From: an uncultured Pseudomonadales bacterium
Lineage (GTDB): Bacteria > Patescibacteriota > Microgenomatia > UBA1400 > PJMF01
Direction: 5' to 3'
Length of the DNA: 64,000 nucleotides
Assembly (NCBI GenBank): GCA_964447075.1
Contig: CAYUQY010000003.1
Location: 7,463-71,462 of the forward strand
Every line of letters starts with the position of its first letter. The first letter of the stretch is position 1. Shown in pieces: positions 8,356 to 17,237 of the stretch. Made by a program: the position numbers and the translations under genes. The notes under the pieces were generated by a model, which was given only the letters and a program-made list of their open reading frames with translations, did not search any database and was not told where the DNA came from.

Positions 8356-9714
8356 ATGTACTACAACTCAGTACTCGAATTAATAGGTCAAACACCGCTG
8401 GTTAGAATTAACCGACTCAATCCCAATCCCAAAGTTACCTTGCTTGCTAAGCTGGAGTATATGAATCCTGGCGGCTCTGTCAAAGACAGAATTGGTGTCG
8501 CTATGATTGATCGAGCAGAGAAGCTGGGCAAGCTCAAAAAAGGTGGCACAATTGTCGAGCCAACATCAGGCAACACGGGAGTTGGCCTGGCCATGGTGGC
8601 TGCCATACGTGACTACAAAACCATTTTTGTCATGCCAGACAAGATGAGTGATGAAAAACGGAATTTACTACGTGCTTATGGGGCTAAGGTTGTGATCACT
8701 CCTACTGCAGTTATGGCTGATGATGAGCGTAGCTACTACAAAGTTTCAGATAGGCTCGCCAAGGAGATCAAGGGAGCCTACAAACCCGACCAGTATCACA
8801 ATCCAGCTAACCCAGAGATTCATTTTCAGACGACAGGCCCAGAGATCTGGGAGCAGACGGAAGGTAAAATTACTCACTTAGTGGTAGGTATGGGCACTGG
8901 CGGGACGATCACCGGTGTCTCTAAATTTTTGAAGAAAAAAAACCCCAAGATTAAAGTAATTGGTGTGGATCCAGAAGGTTCTGTTTTTCACGAGTACCAA
9001 CGAACTGGTAAATTTCCTGAGGTAATGAAGACTTACAAAGTGGAGGGAGTTGGGGAGGACTTCATACCTTCTACAATTGATTTCAAGTACATCGACGACG
9101 TAATTCAAGTAGCAGACAAAGATTGTTTTTGGCCTGCGCGCCAGTTAGCCCGTCAGGAAGGTATCTTGACTGGTGGATCGGGTGGGATGGCGCTGAAGGC
9201 GGCTATGGAAGTTTGTGGAAAACTCAAAAGTGGTCTGGTAGTCGTCATTTTTCCAGATAGTGGTAAGTCCTATTTATCTAAAATGTATAACGATCTCTGG
9301 ATGAGAGAAAATAATTTTCTATCAGCAGATGACTCAAGTGTTACAGTTGACAAGCTGCTCAAGTCAAAACGCTCACCGTTACTGCTCAGTGTTTCTCCCA
9401 GAGATACCGTCAAGGAAGCTATCGACATCATGAAAAAGTACAATGTATCTCAAGTTCCAGTTATTGATAAACACAAGTTACTTGGGAAAGTAACCGAGCG
9501 ACAGCTTCTCACTGGTCTATACGAGAAGATGGTGGGCTGTACGAATCATATTCGTGCATTAATTGATCCATATGTGCCTACGATCAAACATAACGAGCCT
9601 GTGGAAAGAGCTTCTGAGCTCTTGGCTCAAGATGACTTTGTCGTGGTCCTAGATCAGAAGAACCAGCCTAAAGCTGTGATCTCAAGAATTGATTTGATTG
9701 AGTACTATCTCTAG
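8356..9714 (+). CDS. cystathionine beta-synthase-like PLP enzyme (cysteine synthase fold + tandem CBS domains)
   Basis: PLP-binding N-terminus (PLVRINRL...GGSVKDRIG...SGNTGVGLA) typical of the CysK/CBS family. The C-terminal ~120 aa form a CBS-pair. Confidence 0.75.
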   Translation: MYYNSVLELIGQTPLVRINRLNPNPKVTLLAKLEYMNPGGSVKDRIGVAMIDRAEKLGKLKKGGTIVEPTSGNTGVGLAMVAAIRDYKTIFVMPDKMSDEKRNLLRAYGAKVVITPTAVMADDERSYYKVSDRLAKEIKGAYKPDQYHNPANPEIHFQTTGPEIWEQTEGKITHLVVGMGTGGTITGVSKFLKKKNPKIKVIGVDPEGSVFHEYQRTGKFPEVMKTYKVEGVGEDFIPSTIDFKYIDDVIQVADKDCFWPARQLARQEGILTGGSGGMALKAAMEVCGKLKSGLVVVIFPDSGKSYLSKMYNDLWMRENNFLSADDSSVTVDKLLKSKRSPLLLSVSPRDTVKEAIDIMKKYNVSQVPVIDKHKLLGKVTERQLLTGLYEKMVGCTNHIRALIDPYVPTIKHNEPVERASELLAQDDFVVVLDQKNQPKAVISRIDLIEYYL

Positions 9715-9816
9715 ATATCAAACTTTCATTCTCATAGAGTTTTGGGTAATCGTCAGGTACAATTCAAACCTGTCTTCGTACGAGAGTTGTTTTTTTGGGT
9801 GATGAATGGATCAACT

Positions 9817-9889
9817 GCCGGGATAGCTCAGCTGGTAGAGCACCTGTTTTGTAAACAGGTTGTCGTGGGTTCGAATCCCACTCTCGGCT
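9817..9889 (+). tRNA. tRNA-Thr (anticodon UGU)
   Basis: Acceptor GCCGGGA/TCTCGGC, anticodon stem CCTGT/ACAGG with loop TTTGTAA, T-arm GTGGG-TTCGAAT-CCCAC. No encoded CCA. Confidence 0.85.
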
Positions 9890-9940
9890 CATACGTGGTA
9901 CAATATCGCCTTCTTAGCGTTCTAATGTGGGGAAAGTTAT

Positions 9941-10147
9941 ATGGCAAAAAAGTCAAAAAAAGGACCACGTCAGGCTGTTGGACTCAAGTGTAAAGTTTGT
10001 AGCAGCTTTGGCTATGTGACTGAGTTCAACAAAAACAACGAGCAGCTTAAAAAGCAATCTACTGAGAAAAGCACTTTTCCACTCAATAAATACTGCAGTT
10101 TGTGCAGGAAGCATACGGTACACGTGACAGCTAAGAAGCTGAAGTAG
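9941..10147 (+). CDS. rpmG: 50S ribosomal protein L33
   Basis: 68 aa with two CxxC pairs (CKVC...CSLC) and an overall L33-like sequence. It follows tRNA-Thr as in many bacteria. Confidence 0.8.
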   Translation: MAKKSKKGPRQAVGLKCKVCSSFGYVTEFNKNNEQLKKQSTEKSTFPLNKYCSLCRKHTVHVTAKKLK

Positions 10148-10205
10148 TTTTGGCCAAGCTAGGACTTGATTTTCCTCCCTGAATACCTTCAGTGAAGCTA
10201 AACAA

Positions 10206-11540
10206 CTAGAGTTGAACAACTTTCCCATAAGCCTCTAAAATCTTTTCCGCTCCATGTAGGAAAATGGGGTCAATTTTTTGGGCGTGTTGCATAGCTAGCG
10301 AGGCCCAACTTTGAGAAATATTTGAAGGCGTGATGAGGGCATCTAGCTGAGTAATAAAATTTTCAGTCAAGGCTCGTCTGCCGATATTTTGTTGCTCAAA
10401 AACTACTCGCACGTTATTTTCCCACTCACCCCACTCGGTGAGCGTAAGTAAGAAGCAACCTGCCGCGACAGCGTCATAAGCCATGTCGCCAGACGGTTTA
10501 GTGATGAAACCATCTGCCCAGGGGAAACCATACTTGATTAGAAGCTCATTGGCATCAGTGATTTGAGGGTGGTAGAGGATGCGAAGTGAAGCATTGTGAT
10601 TACTCATAGCCCCCACTGTCACAGAGAACTTGCGCGCCAGCTCATGAGTCATTTCAAAAATATCATTGGATGTGCCGGTGTACACAATTAACTCAAACTT
10701 GGTAGCGCCTTTTTGGAGGCAAGGTAAAAGTTGTTCAAGCAGTTGTATCAGTTCTGATTTATTAGTGCCCAAGCCACCCGTGGTTAGACAAAGCCTGACA
10801 GGGCGATTGCTTTCAAATGATTTTTTTGCTCTGGCAGCTATAACTCTAGGATCTATGGGAGGGCCAGTAACTATAATTTTCTCAGGCGAGACGCCTTTAC
10901 CAAGAAGAGCAGACTTTTCGATCACGTCAGACTTTGTTCTTTCATCAAAAACACAGTAGGTGATGAGAGGGGAGTCAGCATGAAGCAGATAATCTTCACG
11001 CACATGAGGGTCAGTGATGACTTGGCAGACTTGTTTGCCCATCTCGACCAGAATATTGCCTACCGCAATATGAAAAGAAAGAATTGGTTTTTGGATTGGA
11101 GCAGCCAGATGTTGCACGACTGGCCTAACTGTATCTAGAAGGGGGATTTTTTGTCGTCCGAACTTGTCGACTAGGTTTTTGATAAATTGAAGGAATTTGT
11201 GGCGGGCGAGCAGATGTCCTATTTTCTGGGTAAAGACAACTTGTCCCCATGATTTTCCTACGACATGATTAAGCGGGTCTACAAGCCATGCAGCTTGAGG
11301 ATTGATCTGTGGGCCCCAGGCTTGGTGAGCTATACCTAGAGCCATAGAGAAGTGGGCTCGAGAAAGGACTACATCAGGTGACTCGTCATTATCAGGAAAA
11401 CCAGTCAGACGCTTGAGGTCTTCTTTGAAACTAGCCGACAAAGTTAGGATAGGCACTTGAGTCTCGAGAAGTCTTTTTTGGTCCTCTTTAAAAAGTTTTT
11501 GATTAAGGTCTTCTGGGAGTTGGTTGGTTTGATTGGACAC
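10206..11540 (-). CDS. glycosyltransferase (GT28 / MGDG-synthase / MurG-like family)
   Basis: The C-terminal half (LTTGGLG...KPSGDMAYDAVAAGCFLL) resembles the Glyco_tran_28_C UDP-sugar-binding domain. Start appears to be GTG, so it is uncertain. Confidence 0.5.
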   Translation of the reverse strand: MSNQTNQLPEDLNQKLFKEDQKRLLETQVPILTLSASFKEDLKRLTGFPDNDESPDVVLSRAHFSMALGIAHQAWGPQINPQAAWLVDPLNHVVGKSWGQVVFTQKIGHLLARHKFLQFIKNLVDKFGRQKIPLLDTVRPVVQHLAAPIQKPILSFHIAVGNILVEMGKQVCQVITDPHVREDYLLHADSPLITYCVFDERTKSDVIEKSALLGKGVSPEKIIVTGPPIDPRVIAARAKKSFESNRPVRLCLTTGGLGTNKSELIQLLEQLLPCLQKGATKFELIVYTGTSNDIFEMTHELARKFSVTVGAMSNHNASLRILYHPQITDANELLIKYGFPWADGFITKPSGDMAYDAVAAGCFLLTLTEWGEWENNVRVVFEQQNIGRRALTENFITQLDALITPSNISQSWASLAMQHAQKIDPIFLHGAEKILEAYGKVVQL

Positions 11541-11597
11541 GTGGCTAATTATGTTAGATTTTGAAGAGTTTGTGAATAGCTGTTCTGATTTGGTAAC

Positions 11598-12008
11598 TCA
11601 AAGAAATGGATTCACGATCCTTATTTCTTGATACTTCTCCAAGTGCTGAAGATTATCAGTAGCTATTTCATCAATTTCGTTACTTATAGCTGTGGCCACT
11701 AAGTAGGCATCAAATATTTCTGTGCCTGTGACTCGATACTTTTGAATCAATTCCAGAGCTAAATCTTGAGTTTCCAAAGTTGGGCAAATGACACGAGCGT
11801 GATTGGTGATAGTTCTCACAGCCTTGACGGCTTCGTCAATAGTAAAAGGGTTTGGAAATTTAGAATGCGTCAAGATTCGTATAGTTTCAAAGATATTTTG
11901 CTGAGCAAAAATGAGCTCAGCTTGCTGGCGAAGAAATGTTTGCGCAGGAGCTTGCTTAGGGGAGGCTTGATTGAGAGAGTAGATAAGGATATTGGAGTCA
12001 ATCAACAT
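11598..12008 (-). CDS. vapC: PIN-domain ribonuclease toxin VapC
   Basis: MLIDSNILIY...DAYLVATA... carries the PIN acidic residues. Start set at the ATG giving the classic MLxDSNxLI N-terminus. It overlaps the upstream antitoxin gene by 11 nt. Confidence 0.75.
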   Translation of the reverse strand: MLIDSNILIYSLNQASPKQAPAQTFLRQQAELIFAQQNIFETIRILTHSKFPNPFTIDEAVKAVRTITNHARVICPTLETQDLALELIQKYRVTGTEIFDAYLVATAISNEIDEIATDNLQHLEKYQEIRIVNPFL

Positions 12009-12267
12009 AGATATCTTCACGACTTAGTTGATCTAAGGGAACACCGATATTCTTATCTTTAAAAACCAATTTTTGAGCATGGTGACGACTTTCTTGATTT
12101 AAGTAATTATCCAAAGCCTTTTCTACAAGAGATTGAAAAGTTGTGTTAGATCTAAAAGCTTTCAGATCAGCAGTTTTCTTGAGCTGGGGAGTAAGACGTA
12201 TGGTGGTTCTGACTAGTTGCATGATAGCATTTTGACATAAGTATGTCATTATGTCAATAATTCGCAT
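11998..12267 (-). CDS. vapB: ribbon-helix-helix (CopG-like) antitoxin VapB
   Basis: MRIIDIMTYLCQNAIMQLVRTTIRLTPQLKKTADLKAFRSNTTFQSLVEKALDNYL is an RHH-type N-terminus. GAGGAG lies 5 nt upstream of the ATG at 12265-12267. The longer track ORF runs into tRNA-Trp and was rejected. Confidence 0.55.
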   Translation of the reverse strand: MRIIDIMTYLCQNAIMQLVRTTIRLTPQLKKTADLKAFRSNTTFQSLVEKALDNYLNQESRHHAQKLVFKDKNIGVPLDQLSREDIYVD

Positions 12268-12381
12268 TTTCTCCTCGCATTTTCTCTTGAATTTCCGCCC
12301 AATATTTTCTCTTTGTACCGACCCGAGAATCCCCACCTCACATTTGGATAAAGACAAGGTAAAATAGTCTCTCGAGAGCTT

Positions 12382-12455
12382 AGGACCGTAGTTCAGCGGT
12401 AGAATAGGGGTCTCCAAAACCCTTGACGAAGGTTCGATTCCTTCCGGTCCTGCCA
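12382..12455 (+). tRNA. tRNA-Trp (anticodon CCA)
   Basis: Acceptor AGGACCG/CGGTCCT, anticodon stem GGGGT/ACCCT with loop CTCCAAA, T-arm GAAGG-TTCGATT-CCTTC. CCA encoded. Confidence 0.85.
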
Positions 12456-12475
12456 GAAGTCTTTAGTGTAAATAC

Positions 12476-12694
12476 TCAATCAAAAAACCTTCTTCCAGAC
12501 AAAAAAGACTCAATGTCAACACGATAAATAACGACTCTGTTGTTTATAATTCCGACGGTACTTCCCATTGCTGCTTCACACCATTTCTCAAAAAGTCCGT
12601 TCGCACTTAGCCAAGGGTTGAGCTCATCTTGGTAATAGCCCCCGTAGTCAAAGTCAGGAACGAGTGATGGAAATGGAGCGCCTTTTGTTGCCAT
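12476..12694 (-). CDS. hypothetical small protein (possible excisionase-like HTH remnant)
   Basis: 72-aa ATG-initiated ORF 20 bp from the tRNA-Trp 3' end. The ...VVIYRVDIESFL tail resembles excisionase/MerR-type HTH C-termini. The resemblance is weak. Confidence 0.3.
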   Translation of the reverse strand: MATKGAPFPSLVPDFDYGGYYQDELNPWLSANGLFEKWCEAAMGSTVGIINNRVVIYRVDIESFLSGRRFFD

Positions 12695-13215
12695 GACTGC
12701 ATTCTAATAAAGAAACCCAAACAAATACAACGGAATAACCTTCTTATCTCCATATAGCACATCATCTTTGGCCAAAAAGCTGTTATCTAGCCCAGTCAGC
12801 TGCAGGCAAGCTATATGTTTTTGTAGTTCTAGACTAGGTACAAGTAGATCTGAAAGTTCTCCGGGACGAAATAAGAGATTAGAGTGATTTTAAGACAGCT
12901 TCAAACTTCGATCAATACTCATTCATCACTTCCAGATCTGGAATAACTCTGAAGTCTTTTTCTTTTTCAGAATCTAGAGTACTTCTACCTTCATATAATT
13001 CTTGAACACTAATCATAGATAATCTAAACGATTCCTGCTTTTAGAGAGAAAGGCGTGTGGAAGATTGGGAAAGAGTAGCCAGAAATACCCAATCGGATGT
13101 ATAAGAAAAAACGTTCCTAGTCAGCTTCAGTACTTGATATAATCATTAATCTTGCATTGTACTTACTGCAAGTAACACTTTCAGTTACCTTCAATACATT
13201 TTCCAGCTTAAAATT

Positions 13216-13704
13216 ATGAAAAATAGACTTAATGAGCTACTACAACTGTTTAAGGCAGAGATATCTCTTAACTGGGTATACTCGATCTATTTATTTGTTG
13301 TTGCATTAGTTTTAGTTTTTCCGCCATTCTACACAAGTGAGTTTCTATTCATCCTCTTTCCAGTCCTCTCAACTTGGATTAGATCAGTAACTTTGTCTAA
13401 AAACATATCTATCAAGCTAAGTAGGGATGATTTTGCAAGATCAGTCGTCACTAGTACGCTTGTTACTGATCTAGGCGGCTTTATAGGCTTTGAGGCAATT
13501 ATTCTAGCAGCGGGATTTATTGTTGATATTGACCTGAATGAGTGGCAAGGCTTTATTTGGCTGATGTTAGTTTTCTACATGGCCTTAACAGTCGTAGTGG
13601 CAGTATATGTATTCTTAGTTGCTTATATAGTAAGTAATCTTGGTTACTCTATTAGGAAAAAGGGTGGGACCTTCAAATCCACTACACCGAACGAGTTAAC
13701 TTGA
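13216..13704 (+). CDS. hypothetical integral membrane protein (4 predicted TM)
   Basis: ATG start. Four hydrophobic helices are visible. No recognisable family. Confidence 0.5.
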   Translation: MKNRLNELLQLFKAEISLNWVYSIYLFVVALVLVFPPFYTSEFLFILFPVLSTWIRSVTLSKNISIKLSRDDFARSVVTSTLVTDLGGFIGFEAIILAAGFIVDIDLNEWQGFIWLMLVFYMALTVVVAVYVFLVAYIVSNLGYSIRKKGGTFKSTTPNELT

Positions 13705-13777
13705 GGAAAGCCTGGTAACAATTTACTAAAAATTGACCATACTATACAAAAACAGCCGCTTATTGTATAGTGATACT

Positions 13778-14971
13778 ATGCAAAAACGTCGCATTTGGGA
13801 AAAATTGATACAAGAGATCCAAACTGACGAGATAGTGGTTATAACTGGTCCAAGGCAGGTAGGGAAGACCACCACTCTCAGGTGGTTGTTAGATCAAGTT
13901 CCGTCCAAAAATAAGCTTTTTTTTGACCTTGAAAATTTAAGTGATCGAGAGTTATTTGAGACTAAAAATTACAACTCACTGATTAGCGAGTTCCAGAATA
14001 GGGGAGTATCAAAAACAGAAAAAATCTACATCGGTCTTGATGAGATTCAGCTGTTGCCAAATTTACCAAGTGTAGTGAAGTATCTCTATGATCACTACAA
14101 GATAAAATTCTTTTTAACAGGTTCAAGTTCCTACTATATCAAGAATAGGTTCTCAGAATCGATGGCTGGTCGAAAAATTATCTACGAGATGCTACCTTTA
14201 AGTTTTCAGGAATTTATAGATTTCAAGGGATTTGCATATAATACCGGAAGGCAGGATTTTTTTGATCAGATTGAGTTTTCTGAGTCTGCTTATCTGCAAC
14301 TCAAAGATTACTATCAAGAATATATCGAGTATGGAGGTTTGCCAAAGGTAGTATTAACATCTGATGTAGTTAGAAAAAAGTTGCTTCTCGAGGAGATATT
14401 TAGTTCATACATTAAATTAGATGTGGAGGGTTTGGCAGATTTTAAGTCACTGAAAGATTTGAGGCTTATCATCAAACTGTTGGCATCTCGAGTTGGTAGT
14501 AAGTTAAACGTGACAGAACTAGCCAACATAACTGGAATGACAAGAGTTACCATCGACAACTACATCGAATTTTTGGAGCAAACTTACCTGATTAAGTCTG
14601 TCAACGTTTACTCAAGATCCCCAGATGTTCAGGTGAGATTACAAAAAAAACTTTATTTTGTGGACACTGGCATTGCTAACATTAATGCTGATCTCTCTAG
14701 TGGTAGCAAATTTGAAAATGCCGTATGTCACCAACTTTCATTTTGGCAGGGGGAGTTAAGTTATTATTCCAACAGAGATGGAGAAATAGATTTTATTATT
14801 GATGATGGAAAAAATGTTGGGGCTTTTGAAGTCAAAGAAACGCCAACATCGGTCGACTACTCTAAGCTATCCAGACGTGCCAAAAAATTGGGAATTTCTA
14901 TTTGTCGTGTAATAGGCAGAGAGCCCTCAGCCACATCAAACAATTTTCTATGGGGTGGATTTATTAAGTAG
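13778..14971 (+). CDS. AAA+ ATPase, DUF4143/COG1373 family
   Basis: Walker A (VITGPRQVGKTT) near the N-terminus. The C-terminal region is typical of the DUF4143-containing predicted ATPases. Start set at ATG 13778 (MQKRR). Confidence 0.7.
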   Translation: MQKRRIWEKLIQEIQTDEIVVITGPRQVGKTTTLRWLLDQVPSKNKLFFDLENLSDRELFETKNYNSLISEFQNRGVSKTEKIYIGLDEIQLLPNLPSVVKYLYDHYKIKFFLTGSSSYYIKNRFSESMAGRKIIYEMLPLSFQEFIDFKGFAYNTGRQDFFDQIEFSESAYLQLKDYYQEYIEYGGLPKVVLTSDVVRKKLLLEEIFSSYIKLDVEGLADFKSLKDLRLIIKLLASRVGSKLNVTELANITGMTRVTIDNYIEFLEQTYLIKSVNVYSRSPDVQVRLQKKLYFVDTGIANINADLSSGSKFENAVCHQLSFWQGELSYYSNRDGEIDFIIDDGKNVGAFEVKETPTSVDYSKLSRRAKKLGISICRVIGREPSATSNNFLWGGFIK

Positions 14972-14990
14972 AGTCAAGTAGACGACCGCC

Positions 14991-15158
14991 CTATAAATTA
15001 AGATTTAGGAATATCCTTGAAGTCTTTTGGTATCGAGAACTACCAAGTACTTTCAGTTGTAGGGGGACTTGGTCTGTGAGACCCAATTGAGCTCTAATGG
15101 AAGCTGGGATGACGATCTGACCTTTTGAGTTGGAATTAACAATGTGTCCTATTTTCAT
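14991..15158 (-). CDS. AbrB/MazE/SpoVT-family small DNA-binding protein (orphan antitoxin-like)
   Basis: Unannotated 55-aa ORF, below the 60-aa track cutoff: MKIGHIVNSNSKGQIVIPASIRAQLGLTDQVPLQLKVLG.... The KGQIVIPASIRAQLGL segment is the swapped-hairpin AbrB/MazE signature. Confidence 0.45.
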   Translation of the reverse strand: MKIGHIVNSNSKGQIVIPASIRAQLGLTDQVPLQLKVLGSSRYQKTSRIFLNLNL

Positions 15159-15538
15159 ACTCGTAGTATTTTATTACTTAGTTTAGTTATTTCAAGTTCC
15201 AGGCTTTGAATTTCTTGAGCAAAAAGTGGCTAAATCGAGAGGGAACTCAAGGTCAAGTTGAAGTAAGTCTAACATTAGGTCCAGAGTGGCAAGATAAGAG
15301 CAAGCCGACACTCCTTGCACATCCTATAATATCATATATAATGATCTACTTATTGACTATAATGATGTCTTTTGATATCATTACCTACATAACAGATACG
15401 CATTTTAACCTGGTTTTGGGTTAAGCGACTTTTCTCAAAATCAGGTTGAAAATGCCTGTTAGACTGCTCGCTGAAAATAAAATATTAGTTTCTACTTGGC
15501 TAAAAACGCGACATTTAGCTTTAAAGTTGGTTAGAAAT

Positions 15539-16564
15539 ATGAAAAATAAGGTACTTTTAGCAGTTCTTTTGACAACTACTCTGGCAGTAGTAGGTAGTCT
15601 CTTCTCTGGATCCCTCTCAAGAGTGGCTGCTAGCCACCGGGTTTTTACCTATGAGGAGTGTATTGCTCAGGGAGAAAAGATCAGAATCTGCCACTCTACT
15701 AGTTCGGAAACCAACCCTTACGAGCTCCTAAATATCTCTTGCAGCGCACTTTATGGTCGGAATGACAATGCTGGTCACTTTGAAGCCGACGGGTCTCCTC
15801 TAGCTGGGCACTTGGACGACTACTTTGTCCATCAGGGCGACACCACTTGTGGTTTTGTTAGTCCAGAACCAAGTACTTCACCTAATCCTAGCACTTCACC
15901 AACTCCTACGATTGAGCCATCACCTTCAGAGGAGCCACAGCCTTCAACTACTCCAGACCCTTCTTCGACTCCAGATCCTTCAGCTTCCCCACAGCCTTCA
16001 ACTACTCCTGTACCATCTGGTGAACCTAGCCCATCAAGCGATCCTTCACCTAGGGCTACTTTTGAACCATCAGCTTCGCCAACTACTAACTCCAATAACA
16101 TTGATCCTAGTTCAGAAGGAGTAGGCGGGGCAAGTCAGGGAGTGCGGGGCAGAATGAGCTCTCTAGCTACCGATAGGTGTGACTGCGATGGTGACGAGAC
16201 ATTTGATGCTGTGATGGATATCAAGGGTGAAGACGGGCTGCCAGTCAAAGGTGTGGTAGTGCAGTTTGTTTATAAAGATCAGATCCAGAACGTTTGGACA
16301 TTTGAAGGTGGGCGAGCCAAGGCTACTTTCAAACAGGATGGTAATGGGACTGCTATTGCCTCATCTGAAGGTTATCCGAGTCAGAGTATTTCAGTTACTT
16401 TTCCTCCAGCTTGTGCTGAATCTGCTCCAAAGAGTGAGACTAAGCTAACCACGTTAGCCAACACCGGAGCAGTTGATGAAGTTCTAGCCTCAGGCTTAAT
16501 GATCTTGGGAGTTGTAGGGTCAATTGGAACTACATATGTCTATCAAAAAAAGCCAAAAGCTTAA
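15539..16564 (+). CDS. sortase-substrate surface protein with LAXTG (LANTG) sorting signal
   Basis: Signal peptide from MKNKVLLAVLL, then a Pro/Thr/Ser-rich linker. The C-terminus is LANTG, a hydrophobic segment, then QKKPKA. Start moved to ATG 15539. Confidence 0.65.
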   Translation: MKNKVLLAVLLTTTLAVVGSLFSGSLSRVAASHRVFTYEECIAQGEKIRICHSTSSETNPYELLNISCSALYGRNDNAGHFEADGSPLAGHLDDYFVHQGDTTCGFVSPEPSTSPNPSTSPTPTIEPSPSEEPQPSTTPDPSSTPDPSASPQPSTTPVPSGEPSPSSDPSPRATFEPSASPTTNSNNIDPSSEGVGGASQGVRGRMSSLATDRCDCDGDETFDAVMDIKGEDGLPVKGVVVQFVYKDQIQNVWTFEGGRAKATFKQDGNGTAIASSEGYPSQSISVTFPPACAESAPKSETKLTTLANTGAVDEVLASGLMILGVVGSIGTTYVYQKKPKA

Positions 16565-17237
16565 AAACCTCCAGCAGCTGTTAGTTCTAAATGACTTCTC
16601 AAACCAAAAGCTCAATCATGCTTTAAGAGAACAGTCACAGCATTTTGATGAAGCTGAGTCTAGAAAAAAAAGATTTTCACTTTCACCTGTTTGGGGATTT
16701 GCAGCCGTTTTTACTTTGTTGCTAAATTTGTCTATATTTTCAGGTTGGTACTTTATCTACAAACAGACTATCTTGTCATTCACCTCTAGTCCTCAGGTGG
16801 TAGGCACTCTAAGCCTGAGAGGTAGTATCCCTGATAAGATCCAGATTCCTGAGCTAGATCTAGAGCAGTCCATCCTGCCCGCATCTATTACAAATGGAAT
16901 CTGGCAAACTTCTCAAACCAATCCCACCTACCTGATTTCTTCAGCTCGCCCAGATGAGGGCGGTAATATTGTGATCTATGGTCACAACTTACCAGGTATT
17001 TTTGGAAAACTAAAACAACTCAAGGTAGGTCAGAGTGTGGAGCTGACTACCCAAATGGGAAAGCTCATGAGATATGAAGTTGCTGAGATCAAGGTGGTGA
17101 AGCCTAGTGAGGTTTCGATAGTTGAGCCCACCAACTTTGAGGTTTTGACCATCTATACATGTACAGGTTTATTTGACTCCCAAAGACTCGTGATCAGAGC
17201 TTATCCAAAGCAGGCGATTACTCAGCTAGGTCAATAG
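16536..17237 (+). CDS. sortase (class E-like transpeptidase)
   Basis: N-terminal TM, catalytic His (VIYGHN), TLxTC motif (LTIYTCTG) and a conserved Arg (RLVIRAYP). Overlaps the 3' end of the LANTG protein gene. Start taken at ATG 16536, because the track start at 16524 is TTG. Confidence 0.8.
   Translation: MSIKKSQKLKNLQQLLVLNDFSNQKLNHALREQSQHFDEAESRKKRFSLSPVWGFAAVFTLLLNLSIFSGWYFIYKQTILSFTSSPQVVGTLSLRGSIPDKIQIPELDLEQSILPASITNGIWQTSQTNPTYLISSARPDEGGNIVIYGHNLPGIFGKLKQLKVGQSVELTTQMGKLMRYEVAEIKVVKPSEVSIVEPTNFEVLTIYTCTGLFDSQRLVIRAYPKQAITQLGQ

Noticed and set aside
11998-12417. Full 139-aa track ORF upstream of vapC
   Set aside because: Its first 50 codons run through tRNA-Trp on the opposite strand and have no protein-like features. 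The RHH antitoxin reading frame starts at the internal ATG 12265-12267, which has a GAGGAG RBS.
16524-16535. TTG-initiated starts printed as M in the ORF track (e.g. 16524, 18697, 35518, 58647, 10206-11540 end)
   Set aside because: Checking the nucleotides shows these first codons are TTG or GTG. Where an in-frame ATG with an RBS and family-typical N-terminus existed, I used it (sortase, MazG-like, dprA, rpsB, dCMP deaminase). The glycosyltransferase start remains uncertain.
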